Assembly (NCBI GenBank): GCA_002269645.1
Contig: NIVC01002367.1
Span: 1 to 64,000, forward strand
Reading direction: 5' to 3'
Source of the DNA: Macrostomum lignano
Lineage: Eukaryota
DNA: 64,000 bases
Shown here: piece after piece, positions 11,625 to 25,100 of the stretch
Layout of the letters: every line of letters begins with the position of its first letter
Numbering within the stretch: position 1 is the stretch's first letter
Notes under the pieces: model-generated
Told to the model about the DNA's origin: nothing
The model's input: only the letters and a program-made list of their open reading frames with translations
Databases searched by the model: none
Position numbers and translations under genes: made by a program

Positions 11625-12820
11625 CTTATTCTTTAAAGGATTTTTAGGGGCGATTCTTTTGGGGATTTTGGGGCGATTCTTTCGGGGATTTTGGGGACGA
11701 ATCTTTTAGGGATTTTTGGGGCGATTCTTTGGGGATTTTTGGGGCGAATCTTTTGGAGATTTTGAGGCGATTGTTTTGGGGATTTGGGGCGATTGTTTTG
11801 GGGATTTGGGGCGATTCTTTTGGGGATTTTGGGGCAAATCTTTCGGGGATTTTGGGGCGAATCTTTTGGAGATTTTGGGGCGATTCTTTTTGGGATTTTG
11901 GGGCGATTCTTTAGGGGATTTTGGGGCGATTCTTTGGGGATTTTTGGGGCGAATCTTTTGGAGATTTTGGGGCGATTGTTTTGGGGATTTGGGGCGATTC
12001 TTTTGGGGATTTTGGGGACGAATCTTTTAGGGATTCTTGGGGCGATTGTTTTGGGGATTTTTGGGGCGAATCTTTTGGGGATTTTGGGGCGATTCTTTTA
12101 GGGATTCTTGGGGCGATTGTTTTGGGGATTTGGGGCGAATCTTTTGGGGATTTTGGAGCGATTCTTTCGGGGATTTTGGGGACGAATCTTTTAGGGATTC
12201 TTGGGGCGATTGTTTTGGGGATTTTGGGGCGATTCTTTTGGGGATTTTGGGGCGATTGTTTTGGGGATTTTTGGGGCGAATCTTTTGGGGATTTTGGGGC
12301 GATTCTTTCGGGGATTTTGGGGACGAATCTTTTGGGGATTTTGGGGCGATTCTTTCGGGGATTTTGGGGACGAATCTTTTAGGGATTCTTGGGGCGATTG
12401 TTTTGGGAATTTGGGGCGATTCTTTTGGGGATTTTGGGGCGATTCTTTAAAGGATTTTTAGGGACGATTCTTTTGGGGATTTTGGGGCGATTCTTTAAAG
12501 GATTTTTAGGGGCGATTCTTTTGGGGATTTGGGGCGATTCTTTTAGGGATTCTTGGGGCGATTGTTTTGGGGATTTTGGGCGATGCTTTGAATTCGATGC
12601 TTCGATGCTGTGGATTAGGGCGATTTTTTGAGGATTCTAAGGCAATGTTTTTAGGGATTTTAGAGCAATTTTTGGGAAAATTTTAAAAATTTTGAGACGA
12701 TTTTTAGGCGATTTTTTGGGGTATTCTGGGGCGATTCTAAAGGGGGATTTTAAGACGTTTTTAGGGGATTTTAGGGCGATTTTTATAAGTATTTCGGGGC
12801 GATTCTAAAAGGGATTTTTA
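11625..12820. repeat. G/T-rich satellite, about 21-23-bp unit (ggggattttggggcgattctttt), filling STARD7 intron 1
   Basis: Tandem periodicity, strong strand asymmetry. Confidence 0.97.
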
Positions 12821-12918
12821 CACCCTCTTCAGATGGTAGGTAAGGCAGTTATAAAGTGTAGGTTTAATTGTGTACATGTTCGATTCTTTAAAGAATGCAA
12901 CAATCACAGGCAACTCAC

Positions 12919-13434
12919 TTCAACAAAAGCGGCAGGAGAAATATCGGAGAAGCGGCCGCACACCCGATATTCGTATACGGACTCGTGCGGCTTCTGCCAC
13001 ACTGTGATGTTGTCCCGACGAACTAGCAGTGACCAGCTATCCTTAGCGGTAGATTGCTGCTGTTGATTGGCTTCGGCACTACTAGAATTAGTAGCAGTAC
13101 TACTATTAGTAGCAAACATTTCTCCACGAACTGCGGCGCACTCGCGCAGGCAATCCTGCAACTCTTCGTCAGTCACTCCGTAGTCGAAGGCGAACAGAGA
13201 CGAACCAAGCATTAGGCGGCCGGCATTTCGTCGGAACCGCTGCCGGGTAGCCGGGCCGAACCTGTCCATCAGGCGACGCAGAAGAGTGCGTTCGGTCAGC
13301 TGCGAGCTGCAGGCTTTGGTTAGCAGAGCCCGGCCGCTAACGGAGGCCAAACGAACCAATTGAGGGTGCGTGAGGCATTGGCGAAACCCGACAATGCAGG
13401 CGTGGCAAAGCTGCCTAGCTCTGGCGGTGAACAT
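12919..13434 (-). CDS. STARD7: STARD7-like exon 1 (Arg-rich N-terminus suggestive of a mitochondrial presequence, start of START domain)
   Basis: WSLLVRRDNITVWQKP...YEYRVCGRFSDISP; donor GAA|GTGAGT at 12919/12918; three exons total 1035 nt (344 aa plus stop). Confidence 0.9.
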
Positions 13435-15439
13435 GGTCTCAAGTTAAGAGAGTTCGATCTATGTATACTGACACTTGAGCATGCAACAATTAGAGAGGAG
13501 AGTTGAATTCTGCCTCAGTCAGAATCTTAGTGCTATTAACACTGGCTGCGCAACTTACTTTTTGACCAAAAAGTGCTACTTACCTATCAGAGAAACCTTA
13601 ACATAATTAACATAATGTTGGGTAAACAGCAGGAGTAACCAAGACTATATTATTGAGGCTTAAATGCCTCGTCATCTAACTAGTACTATATCAATTTTGA
13701 GTGGGCATTTTTTGACTAACCTTGGCTGGGCCCCTTTTGTCCCTTGGTGTCTTCTTTTTCATAGAAAAGACTTATTAAAACTGTGATATTTTCAAAAATA
13801 GAAGCACTTCTGTTGTTAGAATTAAACTTAATTGTTAAGTTCTAACAAAATATTCATTATAAAATATAGCTTTAAAAAAACCTATTTTACTTTTTTTAGT
13901 TTTTTTTAACAAAAATGATTACAATGCCTAAATCATAATTTCAAAAATACATATACATACCTTTTTGAACTTTAGTTAGGTTAGGTAGATATTAATGCTT
14001 TGCATTATTTGCATAGAGGCTAAATAGTCAATTAATAAACATAGGAATAAGTCTACTACTTTTTACATTTAAATGCATTGCATGTACAAAAGCTATCCCA
14101 AAAGTAGTATAACTTTATTATCTCTTATTCTAATGATACAAATATTAAATATTTATATCATTTTGCATAAATTTCTAGCACATACATGCCCAACACCTAT
14201 TTGACCTATCCAAACCAGACAGGTAAAATGGCTGCAAGCCAAGGTAAGTTGCAAAAACAAAAATGCAAAAAATGAAAATTTGGAAGAAGAAAGAAAGGAG
14301 ATGAAAAGAAAAGGAAAAGAAAAGAAGGAGAAGAGAAAGAGGGGAAAGGGGAAAGAGAAAGCGAAGAAAAAAGTAAAAGGTAAGAAAAGTATATATAAAG
14401 TTGAAATTAAGTCATAATCAAGAGAAAATAACATACATGCGCAATCTTGGGTCAATCACTTGGCTGTTTCTATTGGCAACACATACATGTAAGTTGCTAT
14501 TGGCTAAGAGCAGTCACCTGACTACTATTCCCTCCAATAGTGACTTATACGTGTGTGTTGCCAATAGAAATGGCCAGGTGAATCCCTAGGCTGCACCTAA
14601 GTGTAGGAAATAAGTTGTAATCAGGAGAAACTAAGTTGCAAATCTGGACAAAACTAAGTCATACTAGATGGGTAAAATTTTGAACTTGGGCATGTATGTT
14701 CTAGCAGCCACTCTTTATATTAACTCTAATAATATTTAAAGAAATAGACAATGGAAACTAAAGCTGATGAATTTTGGTTATAATATTCTTTATCTACCAA
14801 ATGGTATATATTATTTCTTTGAGCAACACTTAAATATATACCAATATAACCAATGACTTTTGGTATAACAAAAGGAAAGAACAAACAACAATAAATTGAA
14901 GCCTAATAGGAAATATTTTGTTACTTTAAAAAGTTTTATAATTCTTTAAATTTTTCTCCAAATAGGTCCTTTCTCTTTGTCATAATTGTCTAATAAAAAT
15001 ATCTGAATATATTTAATAGACTGAATCAAAAATGCCCTAGGCCTATTTATGCCACTAGGATTAGGCCAAGTTAATGTTATAGTGTTGTTCATAATTTTTA
15101 TTTTTTATTGTTTATTTAAAAAATATATATTATTTGGATTATCAAACCATAGGCCCCCCTAGTGCCAAATTTAAAGGGGAAATAGTATATAAGGTACAAT
15201 AGGCCTACATACTCCTTAATATATTGAATTTTTTCATTTTTTATATGAAAAAATATGCATAAATTAGGATCATGTGCATAGGTTAGACATGTATAATATA
15301 TATTAATATATAGGCCTATCTTAGCAATTTGTATTATGCCCCTTGTTCAAAATTATCTATCAATCTGCACTTATGAAAATAAGAAATATAATTTAAAGTA
15401 ATTACTTTTAGGATAGTTATAGCTAGGTCTATTATAATT

Positions 15440-15535
15440 TATCTAAATAAAGTCTAGATAATAAAGTCTAGATAATAGATAAAGTCTAGATAGATAAAGT
15501 CTAGATAAAGTCTAGATAATAAAGTCTAGATAGGG
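15440..15535. repeat. Short tandem repeat of ataaagtctag(at)
   Basis: About 6 copies. Confidence 0.8.
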
Positions 15536-16672
15536 CCTAGGCCTAAAACATTATTGGCTTAGTAGGGCCTAATACTAGTGGCAATGGCACTATATGCATA
15601 ATATTGTCATTATTGGGAAATATTGGCATAGGATTATGGGAATAAGCATTGCTATAAATAGGCCTAGGAACTTTCTAGGACTGCTTGCATAATAAGCAAT
15701 CCTCTCTAGGCTTTATTTATTTATTTTTAAATTTTGATCTTCAGTTTCAAGATTTATAAGTGACTAGGCTAGGTCTAGCCTAGCTAGCCCCCTGTGCCTT
15801 GTGACTATTTGCCTTCTTAGTGGCTAACTAGGCTTACAATATTTTCATAGGCCCTTGCCTTAGCAGTTGGCCCTACCCCTAGCCTAGGCCTATTTATAAT
15901 AGGGGCCTATTAAAAATATTTGATATAATAGGGGCCTAAATCAAGTTAGGCCCTAGGCCTACTAACAAGCTCAATAATCAATATTATATAATAACTGTTT
16001 GTATTTCTGTGACTAGGCCTAAGGCCAATTAGCATCATTGTACACATTTAAAAAAATGAGTCAGGTGAGTTGATGCCGATGGGTACATACAATACAGTAA
16101 TACAGCCTACACTGTATAGTTAGTATAGTCATAGACTGAGTAAGAGTATGATTTATGTATGCGGCCTAGAGACTAGATTATACAGTTTATATGCAGCTAA
16201 AGTAGTACTTATTCATAAAAATGTTCTTTTTTACATTTAGCACATTAATTGCTCTCTCTAGAGCGTTATGGACAAACATACAAACAAACAAATATTAGAG
16301 ATTTAGTCTATTTAGATAAGTCACATGATAATATAAAATACGCAATCAATGACAAATTATCATTTAGTTTTAAAAATATTGCATTGCCGGTCGCGGTCAG
16401 TGCAGTTATTACAGGCCAGGCAGTTATTAGCATTCTACCGGTGTATAGTTTGGATGCACGTGACTAATTTTAACTATTAAAAGTAGAAACATTAGTGTAA
16501 ACAGCTTGCATTAAATATTGTCAATATGGGCTTAAAAAATTGTTTTTTTATGTTTTTAAGGACAGGAAAATATGTTCTAATTTTTTTCTCTTTACTGAAA
16601 TTTTAAAAGTTTTTGTTCCTAGGTGGGACACGTGCGGTGTGACAGTCCGTATAGGCCACGTTAGGCCCCTAG

Positions 16673-19137
16673 ATGTGAGGGTTTCCCGACAGATATTCAG
16701 ACAGATATTCAAAACGATCATCTACTACTTTTAACAAAATGGACCAAACGGAACCATATTTTTGGCAGATGTTCACGCATGTGTTTGCAATCAAATGAGC
16801 CAAAATTTGTTTTATAAAATAAAAAACTTTACGAAGTGCATTGTTTCAAAGATTGCTTGGCAACACCCTGATTCAGCATCTCTTCAACGTTTTCTGAAAA
16901 TTATTCAATTTTTACATCCCATAAATGTGCCCCGTATCCCAAAAAGACAGTGGACTAACTCTTACGCATGTTTCAGCTGTAAAATGCTGCATCACGCGTC
17001 TAATAAAATACTTTACTTCCTGAATTATTTTCTTTTAAAGTGTGCTTGGCGATTTGCTTTTTTAAAGGCAAGTCAAGAAACAGCGCATATTTGCTGATGT
17101 CAGAACTCCATTTCGCTCTCAAATTAAATGAATTTATAGTTCCATTCTTACGCACATCCCAGCTTTAGAATGACACCATTGAAGCTGAAAAAGAAACAGT
17201 ATTTCCTGAGATATTCGACTCTAAAGTGTGCTTTGCTTTTGAGTCAATAACGCTTGACGTTGTATGTCGAAATATACACCAAGAAATTGTGACACCATTT
17301 TTTGCTTACGAAACATAAAACTTAACTCGCTCTTTTACGCACGTCCCAGCTTTAAAATGACACCTCAGGCGTCGCCAAAGACGCCACCGTTCGTGAGATA
17401 TTCGACTCGAAACATTGCTCGGCGTGTACAGACATTCACCTTGAGAAGTCAATTGCAGTCCTATGTAATCTTTTACTATCACTGATGCGCTTCATTACCC
17501 GTTTTAAAACATTCTTTGACTTACAGGAGTCAAAGTTTTTCGCTAAAATATGCGCTCTGTGCTCTTTTTCCTGTAACATACAGGAAACATGTAACATCCT
17601 GTAACATCCTGTAACTTTTTCATAGGTTTTCGCTGCTGAAACCTGACCTGGATGCCATCCAATTGGCTGAGAGTTCAGATGGATCTAAGTATATGTTTTG
17701 TAAGGCGCAGCTCAATGAAACATTGCGTACACTGTCTTCGTGTGTTCTTCGAATGAGAGGATATTGCCACATTCAAGCCCCATCATCTCGAAAAAGATCT
17801 TGCAACTTTTGGACGGTGAAGGCCTCTTGTAAAGTAGTGGGCTGCAGCAGAGTGTACACTTTTTCCATGGAAAGAGCTCCAAGAAGTTCAGAACAATGGG
17901 ACTGGGTAGTTAACGGAGAAGGCGTATTCTGCCATGAAAACTGCGACCATCCAACATTTCGACGGCTAACCTTAGCTGAGGAGATGCGCATTCGGCCAAT
18001 TATTTCCTCTCGTGGAGTCAGTGCGGCCTATAGACAACTGTTACAGGAAAAAGAGCACAGAGCGCATATTTTAGCGAAAAACTTTGACTCCTGTAAGTCA
18101 AAGAATGTTTTAAAACGGGTAATGAAGCGCATCAGTGATAGTAAAAGATTACATAGGACTGCAATTGACTTCGATCAAGGTGAATGTCTGTACACGCTGA
18201 GCAATGTTTCCAGTCGAATATCTCACGAACGGAGGCGTCTTTGGCGACGCCTGAGGTGTCATTTTAAAGCTGGGACATGCTTAAAAAAGCGAGTTAAATT
18301 TCATCGGAATTGACTGAAAAACACAGGTGGAGCACGTGCACAAAGATTGGGAATACATTTGATTTATAAGGTGAATGTCTGTACACGCCGAGCAATGTTT
18401 CGAGTCGAATATCTCACGAACGGTGGCGTCTTTGGCGACGCCTGAGGTGTCATTTTAAAGCTGGGACGTGCGTAAAAGAGCGAGTTAAGTTTTATGTTTC
18501 GTAAGCAAAAAATGGTGTCACAATTTCTTGGTGTATATTTCGACATACAACGTCAAGCGTTATTGACTCAAAAGCAAAGCACACTTTAGAGTCGAATATC
18601 TCAGGAAATACTGTTTCTTTTTCAGCTTCAATGGTGTCATTCTAAAGCTGGGATGTGCGTAAGAATGGAACTATAAATTCATTTAATTTGAGAGCGAAAT
18701 GGAGTTCTGACATCAGCAAATATGCGCTGTTTCTTGACTTGCCTTCAAAAAAGCAAATCGCCAAGCACACTTTAAAAGAAAATAATTCAGGAAGTAAAGT
18801 ATTTTATTAGACGCGTGATGCGGCATTTTACAGCTGAAACATGCGTAAGAGTTAGTCCACTGTCTTTTTGGGATACGGGGCACATTTATGGGATGTAAAA
18901 ATTGAATAATTTTCAGAAAACGTTGAAGAGATGCTGAATCAGGGTGTTGCCAAGCAATCTTTGAAACAATGCACTTCGTAAAGTTTTTTATTTTATAAAA
19001 CAAATTTTGGCTCATTTGATTGCAAACACATGCGTGAACATCTGCCAAAAATATGGTTCCGTTTGGTCCATTTTGTTAAAAGTAGTAGATGATCGTTTTG
19101 AATATCTGTCTGAATATCTGTCGGGAAACCCTCACAT
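16673..19137. mobile_element. Non-autonomous Mutator/Foldback-like DNA transposon with about 770-bp TIRs and 9-bp TSD GGCCCCTAG
   Basis: TIRs 16673-~17441 and ~18368-19137 nearly identical (2 mismatches noticed); GGCCCCTAG at 16664-16672 and 19138-19146. Confidence 0.92.
17663..18313 (+). pseudogene. Truncated transposase N-terminus (putative WRKY/GCM1/FAR1-like Cx4C...H DNA-binding region); no DDE domain
   Basis: 216-codon ORF between the TIRs with SCKVVGC...CHENCDH; 3' end runs into a partial TIR-unit copy at 18177-18300. Confidence 0.5.
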
Positions 19138-19314
19138 GGCCCCTAGGCGGTAGGCCTATGCCACATGCACATGCGCACGCTCAATGTCCACCAGCAAAGG
19201 GTTGTAAGTAAATGTTTAGGCCTAACTGTGCTGTACAAAACGGTTAAATTTTGATTCCAATTCTATCTCCTTTAATTCATTTATTTCTTTTCGTTTGCCC
19301 TAATTTTGTAAACT

Positions 19315-19480
19315 TTTCGCTGGCTGATCTGCCTGCTTTTGCCGATCCACCATGACCACCAGCAGCTTTCGCTGATCTACCAGCTTTTGCCAATCCACAA
19401 GCAGCTTTCGCTAATCTGCCAGCTTTTGCCAATCCACCACAGCAGCTTTCGCTGATCTGCCAACTTTTGCCAATCCACCA
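19315..19480. repeat. Short tandem repeat, about 40-bp unit (gctttcgctgatctgccagcttttgccaatccacc)
   Basis: About 4 degenerate copies. Confidence 0.75.
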
Positions 19481-20165
19481 CTAGGGATAAGTCTGGGAGG
19501 GAGAGGGTGGTCACCCCCTACACCCACCCCCAGGCCCAGCAGGGTAAGAGCCAGAGGGTTGTTACTTGGGGATAGCAGCCCCCTCTGCCTCCAACCTCCT
19601 GTATTGCCACTGTAGTCTATGTGCCAATTAGCTTAGCTATTGATCTAATTGACTAATTGATCTATTTAGATATCTATGAATTGTATTAGTATTTTTATAG
19701 AATTCATGTTTATATCAGCTGGTCCTATTTCTATAGATAGGCCTAGGCCTAGCCTAAAAATACAATCCACTTTGGTAATAAATAATTACCACTTTGGTAA
19801 CAAAATAGATTTACAATTGTCAATGCTAATATGCTATGTCTTCATGCTATATGACAATGACTTAAAAGCTATCAATTTAACAGGTCTAAATAGGGCCTAA
19901 TATATCAAATACTTTATTTCTAGTATAGTTCAATTTTTGTAATTAAACTATATTACATTTTTTGAATACATACTTTAGCATAAGGCCTAGTAAAAAAAAA
20001 TAGAAGTATTGTATTATTAGGTGCATTAAAAATTAAAAATATTTTTTGTATTCTTGGAATATAGCAATTAATATATATTATTATTCTCACTTGTTACCAA
20101 AGTGGCTATTACTGATGTAGACCTTCTATCATAAAGCAAACTATATTATACATGGTTTGTAATTA

Positions 20166-21419
20166 TCTCCATATATAAAATCAAAACTCTGTCTGTCTGT
20201 GTGTGTGTGTCTGTATACAATTTTGATTGCTATGGTCTAGGCCTATGGAGTCCCAAACTGTTCAACCAAATTACACAAAATTTTGCAACCTAAAAACTAA
20301 CCCCAAACTCACTATAGAAAATGTCTTAGGCTTAGGCTACCTTAAAATTTTATAATCTCAAATCTTCCTACCTAAAAGTGCAAAAAACTGCTCAAAATGC
20401 ATGATTTTTTTTCACTAAATCCTCCATAGCACCACTCCAATTTTACCAATTGGAATTGGTAAAAATTTCCATGGTGTGCCTAATTTAGTAGGGTTGTTTT
20501 GCATTGCGTCACATTTTCATAAATCTTTCACTTTTATAAACCATGCTAGATTCCCTTGATTTGTCAATTGCCATCCACTGTTAAACTGCTGCAAAGTTTG
20601 CCTATACAAAGGACAAGTGATTTGAATTTCTCACTTAACTATCATGGCTAACTGTAGCCTCTCCACTCTGGGGTACAGATAAGGCTATAAATAAAGTTAT
20701 TCCAAAACACTGTACATTTGCTATGTACATTCAGCCCTATCGCTTGACCCTTCATCTGGCTCTGAGGGAATGAGTGAGTGAGTGGGACAGACAACAGAAA
20801 AAGCAAATAAACTTCACATGCTAACAGTTTTTGCTCTAATTAAATTACAGAGTTGAACTTGAAAATTTACATTTAGACAGAGAATGAGTCAATGAAGAAT
20901 TGTGTCAAGTTTTAAGTCAATTGCTTTATGTGGAACAAACTTATAGTAGCCAAAAGTTAGTCAATTTTAAAACCTATTTACACCTTTTGGGCCCAGGTCA
21001 GGAAAGAAAGGCAGGCAGGCAGGCAAAGGTTAAGGTCACTGTCTTGTTGAAAAAGGTAGCCTAACTTTAAAAGTGCATAGTGCTGTTCAAGATTAACTTT
21101 GAGACTCAAAATTTTACATGATTGAGCCAAAATAGTTGAAGATTGTTTGTGTAAAATTTGAAGATTGGTAAAACTGAAGTGGCACTATGGAAGATTTAGT
21201 CAACAAATCACACATTTTGAGCAGTTTTTTGCACTTTTAGGTAGGAAGATGTGAGATTAGGAAATTTTAAGGTAGCCTAAGACATTTTCTGTAGTGAGTT
21301 TGGGGTTGGTACAAAATTTTGTGTAATTTGGTTGAGCAGTTTGGGAGTCCATAGCAATCAAAATTGTACATATACAGACACACACATAGACAGACAGTTT
21401 TGATTTTTATATGTAGAGA
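20166..21419. mobile_element. MITE-like non-coding element with about 260-290-bp degenerate inverted arms starting A|TC...ATATAAAA plus microsatellite
   Basis: 20166-20452 is an imperfect reverse complement of 21164-21419; no clear TSD. Confidence 0.75.
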
Positions 21420-22120
21420 TTTTTCACCTATATTTGTTGCTATCTTTAAAAATATATTAGACTAGATAATATAAAATACCAATACTAACAGTCAAAAAAT
21501 TGCAAAATGTTATTGTCTTTGTGTTGTTTGTTTGTCTATAAAGAAACAAAGTTAAGTGAGCAAGTCCTTAGACTTGACAGATACAAAGAATCAAATGTCA
21601 ACAAAATGAGCAGTGTTGAATATGGACTAACATCGCCATAATAACTTTTTGTTGCTATGGCCTAAAACTAATTTTAAATTCTTTCAAAGGCTAAAGAAAG
21701 TGCCTGCCTGGTATGTCAATAAGCAAGAACCCCATCCCACCTCTGCTCTCATTGGTTCTTGGTTCCTACCCATTTCTCTAGTAGTCTTAGTCTGCACATC
21801 TGAGGTCCACACATCCCATTTCTCTTATCTTTATCTAAAATCCTCTTTTTTCAGACTTTGAACTCTATCCCACTGTCTTAGGAGTCAATATTTTATCCCC
21901 ATAAACTGGTACTTATTTCACAATTCAACATACAGGTTGCATTGATAACTTGATTCCTCCAGAATTCATTTATTATTCTAGTGGATGGCAGTTTAGATCA
22001 GTTTTTATCCATCTCTTTTATTATATCTATACAATTAACACAAAAATAGTGTAAATCCAATCCACTTCTAGTTGACTGAACTGCATTTCAGTAGAGTCCT
22101 TTGGACTAAAGTTTGGCGAT

Positions 22121-25100
22121 ATGCAGCACACTGGCAGCAGTCAACAGAATGTAGAGCCAATAGGAGGATCTAGAGCCGGCGTTGCAACTAGTACTACTAC
22201 TAGTACTAACCAGTTTCGCCAAGCAAAACTGCTGCGTTCAAATATGCTGTTTATAGTTGGACCAGGTAGGTCAAATCAGCATTGCAAAAAAGCGGTCTGG
22301 AATAGTTGCTATGGAGCCAATAGAGAAGCTGAAGCTCATTACGAGGCTACTGCTGGCCAAAGTGTCACTGACGAGTTTCTGAGGCACCGCCTAGCACCGC
22401 TGGCTCATCTAATTGACACCCACTCTGTCTTCCCGCACCGCAATCAACAAACTGTTCTTGGCCACATGTTTTTATTGTCCGAAGGTTTGACTGAGTCTGG
22501 CAGATGCGCTGCCACTATGCGATTGCTGTGCGCTGTTAACCAGATTGGTATTGACGATACTGCTGCACAGGTGAGGCGTTGAGTCTAGTGCCCTTTGCTA
22601 ACTTTCTTAGAAGGTTCCTTATCTGTCACAACTTAATCCAACTAGTTGTGGATTTCTTAAGCTCACAACAGTCTAGCTTACTTATTAGTCCCTCCTTTAA
22701 TTGTCTACGTCTTCCAGTCTACTCATCTGTCTAGGACTCTACTTCTACTCTCCCAATTGTCTGTTCTTCCCAGACTCTTCTCATCTGTCTTCTTCTCATT
22801 CTCTCCCTATCTGTCTACGCAATCTCTCCTGTCTGTGTACTTCTCATTCTCTTCCCATGTCTACTTCTCAGTCTCTTCCTGTCTGTCTAATTCTCATTCT
22901 CTCCCTACCTGTCTAGTTAATCTCTTCCTGTCTGTATACTTCTCAGTCTCTTCCTTCTGTCTGTCTCCCTATCTGTCTCCGGTCTAGTTCGACAGTCAGA
23001 AAGAGACTGAGAAGTAGACATATGGGAAGAGACTGAGAAGTAGACATATGGGAAGAGACTGAGAAGTAGACATATGGGAAGAGACTGAGAAGTAGACAAA
23101 TGGGAAGAGACTGAGAATTAGACATGGGAAGAGACTAAGAAGTAGACATGGGAAGAGACTGAGAAGTAGACATATGGGAAGAGACTGAGAAGTAGACATA
23201 TGGAAAGAGACTAAGAAGTAGACATGGGAAGAGACTGAGAAGTAGACATATGGGAAGAGACTGAGAAGTAGACATATGGGAAGAGACTGAGAAGTAGACA
23301 TATGGGAAGAGACTGAGAAGTAGACATATGGGAAGAGACTGAGAATTAGACATGGGAAGAGACTAAGAAGTAGACATGGGAAGAGACTGAGAAGTAGACA
23401 TATGGGAAGAGACTGAGAAGTAGACATATGGGAAGAGACTGAGAAGTAGACATATGGGAAGAGACTGAGAAGTAGACATATGGGAAGAGACTGAGAATTA
23501 GACATGGGAAGAGACTAAGAAGTAGACATGGGAAGAGACTGAGAATTAGACATATGGGAAGAGACTGAGAAGTAGACATATGGAAAGAGACTAAGAAGTA
23601 GACATGGGAAGAGACTGAGAAGTAGACATGGGAAGAGACTGAGAAGTAGACATATGGGAAGAGACTGAGAAGTAGACATATGGGAAGAGAGTGAGAAGTA
23701 CACAGGAAGAGACTGGGCAGTAGACAGATAAGGAGAGAATGAGAATTGCACAATTAGGGAGGTTGTGTAATGTAATTATCTGTGTAATGATCTTTTTGGC
23801 TCTCTGTACTTTAACATTTTATGTTATATTCCATTTGCTATTTAAAAAACGCAAGACTTTCTCGCCCCTTCTCCATCCCTCCGCCCCTTGGCCATGCCGA
23901 AGACGAAGCTGGCCCATAGCGCCCTGGCTGTCTACATGTACCTAAATGAAGATCCGCCTGATAGCAACAACAACACCAGTAGCAACCAATTAGATAGTCG
24001 GCTGGAATCTGACAATGTCAAGCGCATGGGCTGGTTTATGATACACGGTCTGCCATCCACTAGTAATCTAGTTGAAGAAATCGCTGCACTGCTTGGTCGG
24101 CCATTGCAGCCTGTAGACATTGTGAGGCTGGATATTAGTGTCAATGACAAGTCTGTTGTATTTGTCCGCGACGTCTACCAGCCTGCTGGCGTTGAAATGA
24201 AACGCCGATTAGTTGAGCTTCGGCTGTTTGGTGTTGAGGTACGCTGTGCGTTTAATGTGCTGGGTTAATAGGGTTTGGTAAGCTTTAGTATCACGGTCTA
24301 AGGCCGTTTGCCATTCTAGTGTGCTAGTTCAGGATGCCAATCGATATGTACTAGTTAGCAAAGTCTTGGAACAACTTGATTCTAAGAGTTGGCCTTCAAA
24401 TTTTTTCTTAGAATTGACCTTCAAATTGTTTCTTAAAATTGGACTTCAAATCGTTTCTTAGAATTGGCCATCAAATCGTTTCTTAGAATTGGCCATCAAA
24501 TCGTTTCTTAGAATTGGCCATCAAATCGTTTCTTAGAATTGGCCATCAAATCGTTTCTTAGAATTGGCCATCAAATCGTTTCTTAGAATTGGCCATCAAA
24601 TCGTTTCTTAGAATTGGCCATCAAATCGTTTCTTAGAATTGGCCATCAAATCGTTTCTTAGAATTGGCCATCAAATCGTTTCTTAGAATTGGCAATCAAA
24701 TCGTTTCTTAGAATTGACCATCAACCATCAATTGTAGGTACGAGTAATATTTACGTCTCAGTAGTAATCAGCTATATTTAAATCCTGCATTTTTTAAATT
24801 CTTCTTTGTACAGCTGTTTGTTAAACCGCAACCGTTGAGTCTGCAAACAACTGATGAAGCCGAGGCTGAGGCTGAGTCTAGCGAGTCAACGACTAGTGAT
24901 ACAGGTACTACTAGTGATAGTAGCAATACAACCGACAGCCAAGTCGCTGTTCCATCCGCTGTCGGCCAACTCGAAAATTCGCCACCCGACAATAGCGCAG
25001 AAGCTGCAGACGATGATGTTGAAGTGTTGCACATTGAACCGGCTCCACCTGCGCTGAGGCCAGTGCCAGTGAGGTCAAGGTCAAGGTCAAGGTCGCCACT

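Noticed and set aside
11716-12631. Gly/Phe/Trp-rich ORFs
   Set aside because: Satellite translation, antisense within a STARD7 intron
16762-17097. 111-aa ORF duplicated at 18713-19048
   Set aside because: Lies within the TIRs, has no ATG start and no recognisable domain
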